A DNA stretch of 64,000 nucleotides from Entomortierella parvispora E1425 (GCA_020891255.1 BQFW01000017.1:31344-95343); one strand, 5' to 3'. Positions 1 to 13,806 are shown, numbered from the stretch's first letter. A program made the numbers and translations. Notes: generated from the letters alone by a model not told the origin.

Positions 1-384
1 TGAGACTTGTGGTCGAAAAGCGGACATGGAATGGTTGTACCAATAGCCCACTCGACGACGCCGAGGCGGATGCCTTTGATCCTAGTCCTGATCCTTGCCC
101 TGATCCCGATCCTGATATTGACTGCCCCTGACCAGAAGAGACTGTTGTTGGTAAAAGCTCATACTCCTAGAATGTCAAGAGTTGAAGTTAGACAATGACA
201 ATATCTGAGGACTTGTCTAATCATACTAATCATGGCATTCGATCGCCGTTTCAGACAGTACCTGACCGGAGCCAGGCCCTGTAGGAAGCTTTGGGCGATT
301 CAGGAATCGTTGGAGAAGGAAGAGAAAGACATGGATGGCAAGCCAGGTGGCCAGGAATGGCACGAGCAGCTGTGTAAGCCCCAT
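1..384 (-). CDS. 5' part of a probable site-2 protease (MBTPS2/peptidase M50)-like membrane protein, runs off window start
   Basis: ATG at 384, hydrophobic N-terminus MGLTQLLVPFLATWLAIHVFLFLLQRFL, one GTACTG..CTAAC..TAG intron, then LLVQPFHVRFSTTSL, which resembles the S2P N-terminal 'ISPFHIRWQT' segment as I recall it. The HExxH catalytic motif lies outside the window. Confidence 0.5.
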
Positions 385-582
385 CGGAGAGAGCAGAGGC
401 AGGACGTCTGTCCGAGAGAGAGGAGAAGCCGAATGGTGGAGCGGGAAGGATTAGCGCTGAAGTGAATTGAAGTAGGAAGCAAAGACATTTTCTCGACATG
501 CAAGGCATGACCCGAGCAATGCCATTGCAAACCCTTAAGTTGACAGGTTGTCCAAGTTTTTTATTGGATTCAAAACGCCGAA

Positions 583-3500
583 CTATGGTCCGTTAAGGAT
601 GCTGAAGAAATCGTCGTCTGCCTTGGGTGGACGGGTTGGACCTGTCTTTGCTGTGCGCTGTGATTTATGAGACGCAGAAGAGTCTGATGGCTGAGGGGAA
701 GCTCGACCCAAAGTCGCAGTGGATGGCGTGGGTGTTGGGTATCGTTGAGAAGAGATTCCGGCAGACGAGCCCACGGTGAGGGAGAACTTGTCCTTCCCTG
801 CGTTGCTCTGGACTGAGGGTCTCAAAGACGGGGATAAAACGGAAGACGAGGGCAAAGGAGAGGCCGGTGATTGTGAGACTGCACTTGTGGGCTGTTGTGG
901 TGAATTTGATACTCGCGTATCAGGTCGAGGTGTGGGGCGGAGAACGAGCGCACGTCGACCCTGGACAACATCCGTAATGAGCTCGCTTCGTAAAATCTTT
1001 TGGATGTTGCTGCAACCTGCATGGATCTGGCCAATGGCGCTATTAATATCCCGGTCGCTCAACAGGCCCTTCAGCTTTGTTGCGCCCATGACCAAGTCTT
1101 CCCAGTCCAAGTTGTCGAGTGGGGTTGTGAATCCTTTTGCAGCGGTCAGCACGCCATCCATGGTCTGTTGGTAGATCCGGCAGATATATTTGAGCTCCTA
1201 AGATGATACATGGTTGGGAACGGTCAGCTTCCATAACTGGAAAATAGGGGGGGGGGGGGGAGCCCGCTTGAGGAAACATACAGATATCAAACTACCAAGG
1301 AACTGACGCAAATCCTCAGCAACTGCAAGGACCTGGGGAGCCTCTACATCGCGTTCCTGATTCTCTGAGGGTGTTGTGCGGCCAGAGTTCTCGGCAAGTC
1401 GGACATGAAAGTGCTCTGTTAACCTCAGAATCTGGTCATTGGATCTCACAGAAAACTGGACAAGGGCCCGGAGGCCATCAAAGTACACCGACATCAACTT
1501 CGATTCGAAAAAGTGCTTGATAGGGTCCCTTGCAAAAAAATCTCTTTCACTCGCTCGCGATTGCCGATTGTGCCATTCTAGTTGTGAACAGTAATGTAGA
1601 GTTAGCAAAGATGAGTCGAAAAACACACGAAAAGGTAGAGTAGTATAGCGATCTTACCTTGTTCAAACGCATGCATGGTATCTCCTACGAGAGTTGCCAG
1701 CCTTTTTGTACCATTCCGGAGTTGACGCAAATGAGCCGTTCCTTGAAGGCCCATACTTTCTAAAAGATGAACCATACGTCTAAAGTCCTTGTGTCCTAAG
1801 AGCAACTCGATCGACGCATCTCCATAAACGCTCTCCAGACTGCCAGATTTTAAAAGAGTTTCCATCTTGTCCACTTCAGCCATTTCCAGAAGCTCGGGTC
1901 GATTTCTTGTTAGACTTGAGGTTTTCGATTCTACAGAAGATGCGAGAGCTTGAGCAGCAGCACCGCTATGCCTTCCGGACTCCTCCAAGAGGGTAGCAAA
2001 GTTCATTCTTGCAGGAACCTGTAAAAGTCCCAACAAAGACGCTATGAGTCAAGGTTTTCAGTGCTGAATATCAACGAAATTAACCAAGCGATTTTACCTG
2101 GAAGGATCGACTCTCATCAAACACATCCGCCATGCCAGGTGTGCCTCCTTGTCCATGATGGTTTCCACGTCTCTGCGAAGGAGGCCAGAACACATGTTAA
2201 CACAACGAGCAGAGGACATCAAGCTGTAGTGTGGTTCAAGCCCAACGTTCAAACTTACCACATCGGAGATGACATCCACGGCCTTCTTGCCTAGAATTTC
2301 AAGGGCGCCTAGTCCTGTACTGACAACATTGCCGCTGACAACATCAATAGAGGAGTTGGATTTTGGTTTTTTGGGGGTCTCCTGCACTGGACGGACGAAT
2401 GTGTGCGGGACATGCGGAACAAAGGGGGCCTCAGTCGCATAGACATCCTCCTGTGGCGCTCTGTTCGACTGTCCTGCTTGAGTTACTTTACGATGGACAC
2501 CCATCATGGCACTCCCCAGCGCATTCGAGGCGAAATCCAGTGTAGAAAATAGAGCCTCGGTGGGCCGTAGCTGATATCAGATAGAGCAGAGTTTAGTTTG
2601 TCGCTCGAGTCCATCTTTTCCACAAGGCTTCAATTCCATTATTGCGAGGCGCCTAGAACTTACATCCGCAGAAGGCCGCCGCTGTATCGGCTGCTCCAGA
2701 GTTGCATGATCCTGTGGGCTCCCTGGCACATTCAGGCGACTTCCTTTTGTTTGTGCTTGCGCTGCCGATGCCCTCGAGTCTGAAGCGAATAAATCCTTGA
2801 CCGATCTAGCTCCAGCAGAGGAAGGTGCCAGTGGAGGGCGACTAGAATTGGGCATTCCTGAGACGACAGGGTGGAGCGAGGTTGTATTTCCTGATTGGAT
2901 CGGCGCCTGGTCGGCATGCCCCGGAGCTGGGGCCTTTGTTGCTGAGACAGGAGCAGGTATATCGGCCTTGGTCACCGCGGGTGACGACTCTGTCGATAAA
3001 CTGTCCGCCTGCACTTTTGGAGGAGATGCTTGGATATCCACTCCTTGGTCATCCCAGTCATCGCCCCATGCATCCTCGTCTCCCCATGCATCTGCACCCT
3101 GGTCAGCCTCATCCCCTTTATATTCCAGCTTTGCAACTGGGAACGAAACGCTCCTTTGTTCATCCGTAATTTGAGGCTTCGATGTCTGCTTACCGACACT
3201 GGATGGCGAGCTTAGAAGATCCGACAAGTCGTCCTTTCTGTGGGACTCCATTCCACGAGTCTTTGGTGATGGTGACTGCAGATTCGGTTTGTGTGGTTGT
3301 TGCGGGGCCTGGTCTTTGTTCAAGCGCTCTCGTTGATATTCGAACTCTGGATCCAACGATTCATATACGCGATCTATCTGCTCTGTCGCTACGTTGCGGA
3401 TACCTTGGCCTAGAGATTATCGCAAGGTAGGTGCAAATGTAAGCTTCAGCACCGAAAAGAGGCTTGCCTTTGAGTGATTCAAGTGAATCAATTACTTACT

Positions 3501-3851
3501 TATAGTCTGAGCTTTCGAGACTACAGCGTTTGGATTTTCGATAACTTCGCTGACAGTGCTGACAGCGGTGTTAATCCACGACCCCAGAGATCCCCATCCT
3601 CGGTTCGCGTCGAGGTTCCTTGATTGTGCCTGTCCATAGTCATCCGAATTTATTCCGAAAGCATGCGGTTCGCGTTGCTGAGGCGGCTGGTCGTTTCCTG
3701 AGGAACGAGCTGAATTGCTTGAGAATCCATTACCAGGCTGTCGTCCAAGGTGATGCGACTGAAAAGGAGAGGAGGATGCCTCGCTGAAGCCTCCAGCATC
3801 CTTGATGGGTCGAGTAGAAGCTGCGTTGGCACGGCGATTGCTGGCAGACAT
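583..3851 (-). CDS. FAM114A/DUF719-like protein, multi-exon
   Basis: Exon ORFs 3492-3851, 2577-3411, 2094-2507, 1602-2036, 1198-1626, 583-1161. The first intron joins in frame (ATA A|GC CAA). Motifs GWGSLGSWINTAVSTV and VVSTGLGALEILGKKAVDVI resemble FAM114A. Confidence 0.68.
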
Positions 3852-4328
3852 GGGAGCAGCCGATGCAAAGGATGAAGAGATGGCGAATGAAATGCATGCA
3901 TGCATGGAAAATGGGCGGACACCCAGCCCAGGGCGGAACAATCACGTGATTATTCACTCTGCGGTCGCTTCGCGTCCATGGTCCCTTTGATCACCAGCTT
4001 GACTCGCGGCCTATCTTTAATAACTTCAATTCGACGCATCTTACGTCGTTTCCTTTATTTTTGAAAGATATTCTATGGATATGTTTTGGTGGTGTCTCTT
4101 TGTCCGTCCATTCGACTACCTCTATCCGCTCCCACCTAGAGATTCAGGGCTCGCAGTTCGGCCGTTTGTGAGGAGCTCTGCCTCCATGGGTCTAAAGCCC
4201 CCTCAGTATTCAACAGCCTTGCATGCTCGCCTTGGCCACAAGACGGAATGCACCCGAGACGTTTTGTACAGCCAGGTTTCGCCAATGTTTAGCAAAGATC
4301 TGGAATAGCAGTCTGAAGCAACATGCTC

Positions 4329-6752
4329 TTATTTCTTGGGAACACTCCACGGGGCCTGCTGGTTCGCCGACTTCACATGGTGACCATTAGTCCCTGACGA
4401 GGTTGCTACTCCCGCCGTTGGAGTAGATGTACCTGATGATGGTGCGGACGTTTTTTGGTCCGAACGGATATAGAAGAGAACGTACGCAACACCATCGCCA
4501 TTTTTGCTAGCTGCTATTGACGATGCTGCAAGTGCCGCAGCTAGGGCTGCTGATTCTGAGATGGCTCCGTTAATTAGAGCACTATGGCTGGACTTTGGCG
4601 AGGAGTATGGTGCAGGTGCAGGTGGTGCATGGCCGTCCACGGTGACGTCTGCTTCACTAATGACCGTGATGTTGGTATCGTCGATATGAAGCCACTCCGC
4701 GTTTTGTCGAAGAACATCGCAGGTATAGTGTCCTCCAGCTGCCGTTCGTCCGTGGTGATAAACAACTCCAAACAGTTTGTATGGAATGGGACTGGAAGGG
4801 CGTCGTGCAGGAGAAATGATTTCTATGGCAAGAAAAAAAAAGGAACGACATCTGTTAATATAAAAGAATCTCAAGTTCCGTTTTCTCCAATAAATATATC
4901 ATATAAAACGTACCAGGTTGAAGGTTCAGCACAGTCTTGTAACCGACTTGCTTATGAAGTTTTTGAGTGCCGCCATCCTTGTATATGAATCTCTTGAGAT
5001 GGAGGACGAGGACAGGAGGTACCTGCTCGATGAATATTTTCTTGGTGGCTTCCACAGTGACGCCTCCTCTCTCCGAGCTTGTAAAGCCATCCAGGACCTC
5101 GGGCATTGTCGAGTTCAGGAGTGCATCCTCAATTGTGTACACGTTGTCGGGAGTAAGGTCCAATTGCATGGACTGATAAGGCTCCAGAGTCACGGAATCC
5201 TTCTGAGATGGGATGCGGAGAATGGATCGAAGTTGCCCAGAAAAAATGGTAGTGATTGGTGTTGCTGAAAACTGGGTTGATCGCGTGAAGGAGGCCTTGT
5301 TCTTGGGTCCAGTAACTTCCATCCATTCGTCCTCACTGACACCGCTCTCACTGCTGTCGTTGTCCAAGAAGCTGTCCAAGTCAGATCCCGGGGGTTTCTC
5401 CTTCATAGCCGCAAAGAACTCTTCGTGAAGACCATCCAGAAGGAATCCCAAAAACTCTTGACAGTCTTCCTGTCGACCCCTCATCGAATCGAACCTCTTG
5501 AGGCCCCTTAGTGCATCGTAGACATACTCTGGGACAAATGGAGGTCCATAATCTGGCAGATTTTTTGTTGCAAGATTAAACTCGTTCAGAAACATGATCC
5601 TAAAAATAAAGACGTATCCATTGTTCTATGCGTCAGCTCGTCGTTGTCAATGCTGAAACAAGAGATGCAAGGTCATGAGAGACTTACAGAGAATCGACCA
5701 GAGGGGTGGAAGACTTGAAGCTATGCACAACGTGCTTGCCGATTTGCATCAACAGGTTATAAAATGGTGGACAGTGCAAGAGTGGTTGAAGAATCTAAGG
5801 TGGAAAACATTGCACCATGTTAGTCGCCATTGCCTCAACAAGGACCCGGCTATTGCCCATCCTACTTACAGCGTTCATAAAACACATGTTGCCGTTGTTC
5901 ACAAGCCCCCTGGGCTGGATCAAGGGCGAAGAGTAGGAGGGTTTGTACTTGTGCAAAACGTCTGCGATGCCATCAAACTGAGTCCCGTTCCCGTTGGTGA
6001 CTCTACCACCTGCGCCGGAGGTCTTGTCCGACAGAGGGCCTGACGCTGGGGTTACTGCTGTGGTTGGAGCTGGATTTTTAGATCGCACAAGCTCTGCCCA
6101 GCTCTTTGGTTTGACCGGCGCAGCTGGTGTGGTCACCGAAGTCGTTGGAGCAGTTGTGTCCTGGGTTGCCGTTGCCGCTGCTGCTGCCTCTGCTGCTTCC
6201 CTTTGAGCAGCCGCTGCCTTGGCTGCGGCATCCTTCCTCCTCTGAGCACGCAGGAGTCTCTTTCTAGTAGGATACCAGGCTGTTTTATAAAGAGTGGATG
6301 TCAACAAATGTTAATGATCAATACGGGGTCCCACAAATGGCGCAGGTGGCATGGTGCTGTCCTTTTGTGTTTCTGCGTACCTTTGGGGCGCTTGCCAATG
6401 GACCAGATCACCTAGGGGCGGGTGACAGAATCAAGGAGTCAGATCCAAAATGTCAGTTGCAGTGCTGTGCGCGTCGGATCGATTAAAGCGATCGTTAGAA
6501 AGGCGCTCCTTACCGGGCCATCATCATCCTTCCTGACAACCTTGCTGATATCCTCCCTGGTCAGTTGTCCAAAAGCGGGCCCTTGTTGGGGGTCGTAAGA
6601 CTATGCCAGTGTGACATTGGATTGCAAAGGGAATAATTAAGAGATTAGGTCCAAGCAGCATGCAGCGCGGGGGTGGAGCATCAACCGAAGAAGGTCATTG
6701 ACAAATCGAGCTGTGCTGGTCAAGGGATGCATACATCGGCCAAGCTTTTCAT
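4329..6752 (-). CDS. UBP3: Ubiquitin C-terminal hydrolase (peptidase C19), USP10/Ubp3 type
   Basis: Cys box [35 protein letters not shown], His box [23 protein letters not shown], and the KPKSWAELV motif. Small 5' exons inferred from GT-AG sites, so the start at 6752 is less certain. Confidence 0.9.
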
Positions 6753-7167
6753 GAAGAGCGTGGAGGGGTGAGGGAGAGGGGAGGGGCGGAGTGGGTGCGG
6801 GGGTGCCGGATGGGGGCCTCGTGAAGGATGGGAAAGAGAATCCTCCTGGAGCGTTGACTGTCGAGAGAGATGATGCGGAGAAGAGAGGAGAGAAAGAAAG
6901 AGAGCAGAGGGACAGAGGAAACGAATGGAAGGAAAAAAAAAATAATTAATTCAACCCCTCCATGGAATGGAGCGAGATCCTTCTCTCTTTCTTCTCTCTT
7001 TCTTCTCTCTTTCTTCTCTCTTGTCTGTCGCCTACTCTTGCACTCTTCTATCCCCCCCTCATGCGGTCAACAAGCATGGACTGACTACAGCAACAGGCAT
7101 TTGGATCACTGTTGATGGAGGGCTCATTCGCGTCCATGGAGCTAGCCATGGCCCTGGTCTGATTCGT

Positions 7168-8224
7168 TTATTTCATGCTGGTCTCCCATAGCTCCGGCAT
7201 GACCTGTGGCAGATCTTTGATCGAATGGATCCGAAACTTTCCACTGGAAGAGTCCTCTGCTGGGTCTTCCAGGAGATGCACTGCGTTCCACCCAACCTGT
7301 GTTGCCATCTCTACATTCGCCGAGGAATCATCGACAAAGTAACATAGCGACGGATCAGTGACACCTGCCTCTTCCATGGCCTTCTCAAAGGACCTCCTGT
7401 CGGGTTTGCATACAAACTGAGGTGCCAGGTAGTTGCAGAAGGTAACTCCATGAAAAAGGCCATCAAGCCCAAGGATGCTGACCACTCGTTTGGCGTGCTA
7501 GTGTAAACAGAGAGTCAGCGAGTAGTTCTGGGGGGGAGATCGACCTCTTCAGTTGTGGACTTACAGACTCGCCAGCGTTGGTGAAGAGCCATTTCTTGCC
7601 AATATTCATAGATTGTATCATGCTGCGGAGTGCCGGGTCTTCCTTCAGGATGATTTCTAGAGGCAATGCTCCGTCCACCTTTTCGTCATAATCTCTGATA
7701 TCTACTTCGGGGTGCCTTTCCACCAAACCACGGATTGCAAGCCCGTACGTGATGTAGTAGTGCTGTACCAGAGATTCCACTGTTAAGAAGAGGAGGCGCT
7801 GATATGTAAGTACCAATGTCTTCAAACGCTCAGTTCCAATCACATTTTGATGTCGTGCCTTCTGAATGTGGGATCCCTGACGCTTTGAAGTAGTTCTCGA
7901 TCCTAAGAGTGTGGAGGAGTCATTTCAAAGTTATCTAAGGTGCGTCAGCAATAAAAATATTGTTTTTTGAACAACGAAACCCTCTTACCGGTCCTTCATT
8001 AAAGCTGGAATGCCGGACGACTTTGGATAAAGGCAATTATCAATGTCAAAGAAGAAGACGCGTTGGTCTGGACGGGAGTTGCTTTGAAGGCTCTCCCGTG
8101 GTAGCAGGTCCGATCGGGCTCTGGCCCCACGGTTCAAGGTCACTACGCAGCAGCGACGCGTAATGGCTCTAACTTTTGATTGTGTCTGCTGGGTGAACGT
8201 TGGTAGGGTGAAGATTCTATTCAT
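7168..8224 (-). CDS. SDT1: HAD-family pyrimidine 5'-nucleotidase (Sdt1/Phm8-like)
   Basis: HAD motif I FFFDIDNCLY, motif II WLFTNAG, motif III CKPD, motif IV YFVDDSSANV, spread over spliced exons. Start codon uncertain. Confidence 0.87.
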
Positions 8225-8476
8225 GTTGACAAAGGAGGAGGATGAAGACAAAAGTTCCAATGAACAGCTGCCGCATGAGGCATCCACTTTCCGCGCTGCA
8301 TTGCATTGCACGTGATTTTTTTCGTTCACCACCATACTTTCATGCTAAATTTTTTTATTAGTATGCTGTTGTATGTTGAATACAATAATTGCCTCGTAGG
8401 GCAGTTGAAATAGGTATATGTTGAATATTGTACAAAAAAAAACAATGAGAAAAGCAAAGGAAAAGACACAATGTCT

Positions 8477-10422
8477 CTACTTGGGCTCGACAGGTACGAT
8501 ACCGTCCAACTCCTTGAGGGCAATCTCGGAGATGGGGCCCTTGAACCAGTTCTTAGCACTCAAGAACCAAGTAAGGGTGGAGAAGGCCAAGAGGAAACCA
8601 ACGGCAGCGGGAGTAAAGTTGAAAGTGTCAACGTCCGACACGGGCCACGACTGGGGCAAATTGAAGATGATAAAGATGAATGCGGTCCAGATGACGGCAA
8701 CCCAGCCAATGGGCTTAGAGAAGCGTCCGAGGTTGAATTCGTGCTGGACAAAGGTCGAAGAGCCGACGGTGATACGGAGCAAGATGGGAATGGCGTACGA
8801 AGTGGTGAATCCAATGATAGAGATTCCAGAGATGGCGCTCAAAGTGGCGGCAGATCCAAGTGAGGGCAAGGCCAAGATGATGACGACAGTCACAGAGAGC
8901 CAGACAAGACGGAGGGGCATCATGGTCCGCTTGTTAAGCACAGTCCAGTAGGGCGAGAAAGGAAGACCACCATCGCGGGCAAAAGCATAGAGCATGCGAG
9001 AGTTGGCGGCAACAGTGGCAACACCGCAAAGGAATCCAGCGAAAACAACGATGAAGATGAGAACCGTACCACCCTTCTTGCCAGCACAGTCAACGAAAAT
9101 CTGCTGGGCGGCACCACCGTACGCACTACTCAAAGTAGCGGCGTAGTTCTGGATACCAAAAGTCATGGCGAGGGCAAGACCCAAACCAATCATGACAGAG
9201 GCAAAGATGGAGAGAAGAATTCCGCGGGGGCCGTTCACGTAAGAGCGCTCGGTCTCCTCGGACATGTGGGCAGACCTGAGGATCGAGAGAAAGGACTTGT
9301 AAGAACGATTGGATAATAAAATTTTGAGTAACTGGCATTTCAAGCATTTGGCATCGTCACTTACGCATCATAACCAAGCATGGACCACTGGGATTGCAAG
9401 AGACCCAACATGAAAACAAACACTGGGCTGGCACCGGCGGCTGTATAACCAGTGGTATCCTCAAAATCAGTGAAGACCCACTTTGCAGACTGCAACTTTG
9501 GGGCACCCACAAGGATGACGATGATGATGGCGATTGTGCCAGCAATGTGGACGAAGACAGAAACAAGGGAGGCGACCTTGAGGGCACGGCCACCAGCCGA
9601 GTTAACGAGACCAGCGGTGATCATGTAAGCAGCCATGATATAGAAGTTCTTCTTTCCAGTAAGTTCGTAGGAGGGGTTCCAGATAGCAATCATAGAGTTG
9701 GTGAAGGTAGCAGCAGCAAGCACAGATCCGGAGCATCCAGCAACCTGGCCGAGAATGTTGAACCAGGCCTCATACCAAGAGAACATGGGTCCCCACTTGG
9801 GTCCACCCTAAATTGACAGGAAAAGAGAAACGTCAGCAATTGCAAGCTGGATCATCTTGCTACAGAGAGCGAAAGAGCTTGAAACTTACAAGCTTGGCAG
9901 TCCAGAAGTAGAGTCCACCAGCAGTAGGATAAGTACTGCAAATCTCGGCCATACCAAGACCAATGAACATGACAAAGAAGGCGACAAGCAACCAACCCCA
10001 GATGGCAACAATGGGACCACCAGTGACCATACCGAATCCAAAAAGGGGAATGATACCGATCAGCACAGATGAGTTGGTCAAGGTGAAGCCAAAGTTCTGA
10101 AGACCAGAGAACTGACGCCTGTTGGTAGAAAAAAGAAGAGTGGAGAGGTCAGTTAGGAATACGTCTTTCATCTTCTCACAGTCCATGACGCTTTCTCCAG
10201 GGCAATCAATTGTATGTACTTCATGTTTTGCTTGTAGCCGAGCTATTGTGAGTTGAGCGGTGGAAAGGAGGCAGCACGCAGGTTAGCAACTCAAGTGGTC
10301 CGAGTGAAGAAAACATGAGAGGAGTCAACTTCTATAGTCCAGGACGGTTCTCATACCTTGGCGAGACGAGCCTCGTCCTCATTGTAGGTGGCGGGGTGAC
10401 CCTTTTCCTCGATGGTAGCCAT
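8477..10422 (-). CDS. APC-superfamily amino acid/GABA/polyamine permease (Uga4/Tpo5-like)
   Basis: LGYKQNMKRQFSGLQNFG, GLGMAEICSTYPTAGGLYFW, GYDA and SRMLYAFARDGGLPFS motifs, about 12 hydrophobic segments, and a 23-nt second exon at 10220-10242. Confidence 0.92.
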
Positions 10423-11745
10423 TTGGAATGAAATGGAGATGGAAAGGGGATGCGAGGGGAATGGGGCGGATGTGGTGATGAGAAGGAAGAAAGAAGAGGA
10501 GAAAAAAAAAAAAAAGAAAGAAAGAAAAAAAAAGGAGGGAAAAGAATAGGTGGGGGAGCGGACTTTTTATGTAATGAAGCACGAATCTGGATTGATCACA
10601 ATCACCTGTCTGGCCCTGGCCGTCGCCCGTCGGCGGACAGGATCCCAGCTGGAAGTCGAGTGGGGGGTGGCGGGCAGGGCAGGAACAGGAGCAGGAAGGG
10701 GAGAAACGAGTTGGCATCCGAGGACCGCAGAGGACAGGGGCAATTGAACGTAAGCCCACGCTCAGTGAACGTCTGTCAGAGGGAGGGGCCGGGCCTTTTT
10801 TTTTTTCTCCCTCGCACAAACGAACAAACAAGAAAACAGACCAGAAAAAATAGGCTGGCAAACAGGCACATGCCAAGGGCCAGAAACTACCCACGCGAAC
10901 GAACAGGCAGGCAGTGTGATACAAGAACCAGCCCGGGTTTTTTTGTCACACGCACACCCACGTTCTCACTCTCCCTCTCACTCTCTCACTCTCACTCTCT
11001 CACTCTCATTCTCTCCCTCTCCCTCTCTCTCTCTCACACCCACACACCTTCATCCATCAGTGCCTTCATTCCTCTTCACCCACATGTCCACCCGCTGCCT
11101 CCATTCTCCGGTCGTGCACTTGGACAGATTTACAGTCAGTGCGCTCCTGCCCCCCTCCTGATTAGCCCTGTTCCTGTCTCCTGTCCCCTGTTCCTGATGT
11201 CTGTGCCAGTGCCCGAGCGAGTGTATTTTCTCAGCCCAATGCCGTGGGAGTTGCCTGCTATTTTTATTTACAACGGTCGTCTCTCGGAAGGACATCGACC
11301 TCACAATCATACATGTACTTTCACGCTCTTTTGCGGAGGAGATGAAGGAGACAAAAGAGTCGAGAGTACTGTACAGTACGCACAGAAGCACTAGAACCTG
11401 GACCCTTTCCTGCGATTGGCGGACGGAGAGATTCAGTGCCCCACCTGTGTCGTTCGTGGCAGTCCATGCACGGACTGAGATCGAAAATGGGTCAAGCAAG
11501 GTTAGTCTTTTGGATTTCGTTGGGGTACAACCGCAACGCTGACTACCCGCGTGCAAATCCAAGATTATCTTGGTTTCTGCCGTCGAACATTCATCTATCG
11601 GTACTGTACTGTAAAAGCAGGGCGCAGGCCATATTATTATGTTTTTGAATGCGCTGTAGTTCTTTATTATATGAAGTTCCTGCTGGTATAGACAGATATG
11701 ATATGTGGTGATCGTGTGGTCGTGTGGTTCGTGTGTCTGATATAA

Positions 11746-13806
11746 CTACACGACAGCCATAGGCATGGGCGTGGGCGACCCTGCTCTAGCTGCTCCGGAA
11801 GAGGAGGAGCCTACCATTGAGTCGTCTCGAAGCATCCTCAAGAGCTGCTCCCGCTCCTTGGCGCTGAGTTCGCCATCGTCGTCCTCGCGCATGCTCTGGT
11901 CTCGTTGTTTTCTGTGTATGAAACAACAAAAAAAGTCAGCTCATGAGCGGCCATTTTTTTTTCGCAACACCTCTTCTACAGCACATTGATCATCCTTACC
12001 CAGATCGGATTACAGCAGCCACGTCTGTTGGACCAGAGACAAAGTAGGGCTCGTCGGCAAAGGGATTGGCAGGCTCTGGTGCCGTTGCCACTGTGGAGAT
12101 CTCTTCTTTGAAAGCTTGGGTGGCTTCACCATGGATGCTTGTAGGACTGCCCGCACGGGGAGTCGCCAGCAGGGAGCTATTATTGTTCACGCTTGCGCCA
12201 CCATCCACGCCGGGTGTGCTGGCTCTCATCTGTGCTCGAATTGCCTTGCGGCGTTCCATCATTTGACGGTGAGATCTGAGGGCCATGGCCAGCTCGTCAT
12301 TGGCACTCAGGATGCCAGCTACGAAAAAGGATCAAAGAAGCAGGGTCAGCTATCAGAATGACATTGGGGATATTCATTGGCCACTGTTGGTTTCATAGAC
12401 CTTCTTTCTTTTGCAACCAAACCTCACATACCTAGACAGATTTCGTTGGGCTCGCCTGACTCTGTGACCTCAGCCAAATAGACCTGCATGCTCCGGTGAA
12501 GAGTGACACACTTTGAATAAAACTCCTGTAGAGAGAAATAGATGACGAGGAATGAAGAGTTTAGTCAACCTTTTCACCAACGAACTCAGTCTTCCAGTCA
12601 GCAAATTCAAAGTACCTTGACCAATTCGTTTTCCTCCACAGCCTCCAGTTCGGGGTCGGCAAAGGCGACGGCCTCCTGTAGCATACGAGCATTGTTATCT
12701 GCGAGATCAACGTCTGAAAGAATCTGAAGTGCTCTCTGCAAACAAATCCAATGGTTAGTGTCCACTTAATATCAGAACCTCTTTCAGAATCCATATGACG
12801 ACTTACCTGCTCCTTGGTGAGACGAGGTGCAATTGTCAGTGGGGTCACTGTTTTCATGAATCGTTGAGTAAGGTAGCGATCGGAAAGCACTTTGTGGTAC
12901 AGCGATGGAATGATTGCAAGGCCTGGGTCATCCCCGCATTTCTTTGCCCAATCTCCAAGCCTCTCGATGAGCCTGGCACGAACATGGGCATTGGTCAACT
13001 AGATGGTGTCGGAGGGTCCAATGTAATGCAAACAAGTCAATACGAGGTAAAAAAAAAACTGCCAACCACGGGCAGGTTTCTAAAAATCGGCAGAAACGTT
13101 TCCGTACATCTGACCAGATGGTCTCCATGAGTTCGTTGGCGAACTTGGTGGTGGCCAATTCAGCTAGAGTGATGGAAAAAAACACCATGGTGGTTAGAGT
13201 TTACTCCTCAGACTTCTACTGCTGTTGATCTGTGTCGATCCTGGATGACTGATTCTCTGCTCTGTCCTACCTTTGAACTTTGAGCCACATCTGTCCATCA
13301 TGGACTGAATAATCTGTATTTTTGAAACATATTTGGGCGTCAGAATCCTTGTTTTAGGGGCGAGGTGATTTCAGTTCAGGTTCCTTGTTCACGTAAAAGC
13401 GCGTCGCCTGTACCGTGATGACATTGAGCTGTTGTTGAGGCGTTCCTGTATGCATTCTCTTGCGTAGTGCTTTCGCAGCCTCTTTGGCTCTATGAAAAGA
13501 TAGGATTGCTTCGTTAGCAATGTGCCGGAGTCGAACAGTGGGCGTAAGGGACAGGTGTTGCTTTTACCCGCCGTCTTGAACATTGACATCGTTGCAGAGT
13601 TCATTGACCGGCTTCCAGTCATAAATGACTTTCAGGTTGACGATTTGCTCTAATTGAGGAAACTTGAATTAGTGGGACAGACACATTCTTTCCATCTCTG
13701 AATCTCATCAACTGCCTTCGCTCTTTTTTTTTTTTTTTTTTTTTTCTTTGTTCTTAGTACCGATTTTGGACGTGATCTTTGATTCCTTGAAGACGCTGGG
13801 TATCAT
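11746..13806 (-). CDS. VHS-GAT domain endocytic adaptor (Lsb5/TOM1-like), multi-exon
   Basis: Spliced reading gives MIPSVFKESKITSKI..IYDWKPVNELCNDVN (VHS helices), VRARLIERLGDWAKK, GAT-like DLADNNARMLQEAVAFADPELEAVEENELVK and an NPF motif (ANPFADE). Stop TAG at 11746-11748. Confidence 0.75.

Noticed and set aside
10450-11394. 314-aa ORF upstream of the permease
   Set aside because: Built from A-runs and CT microsatellite in a promoter/UTR region, with no domain features.
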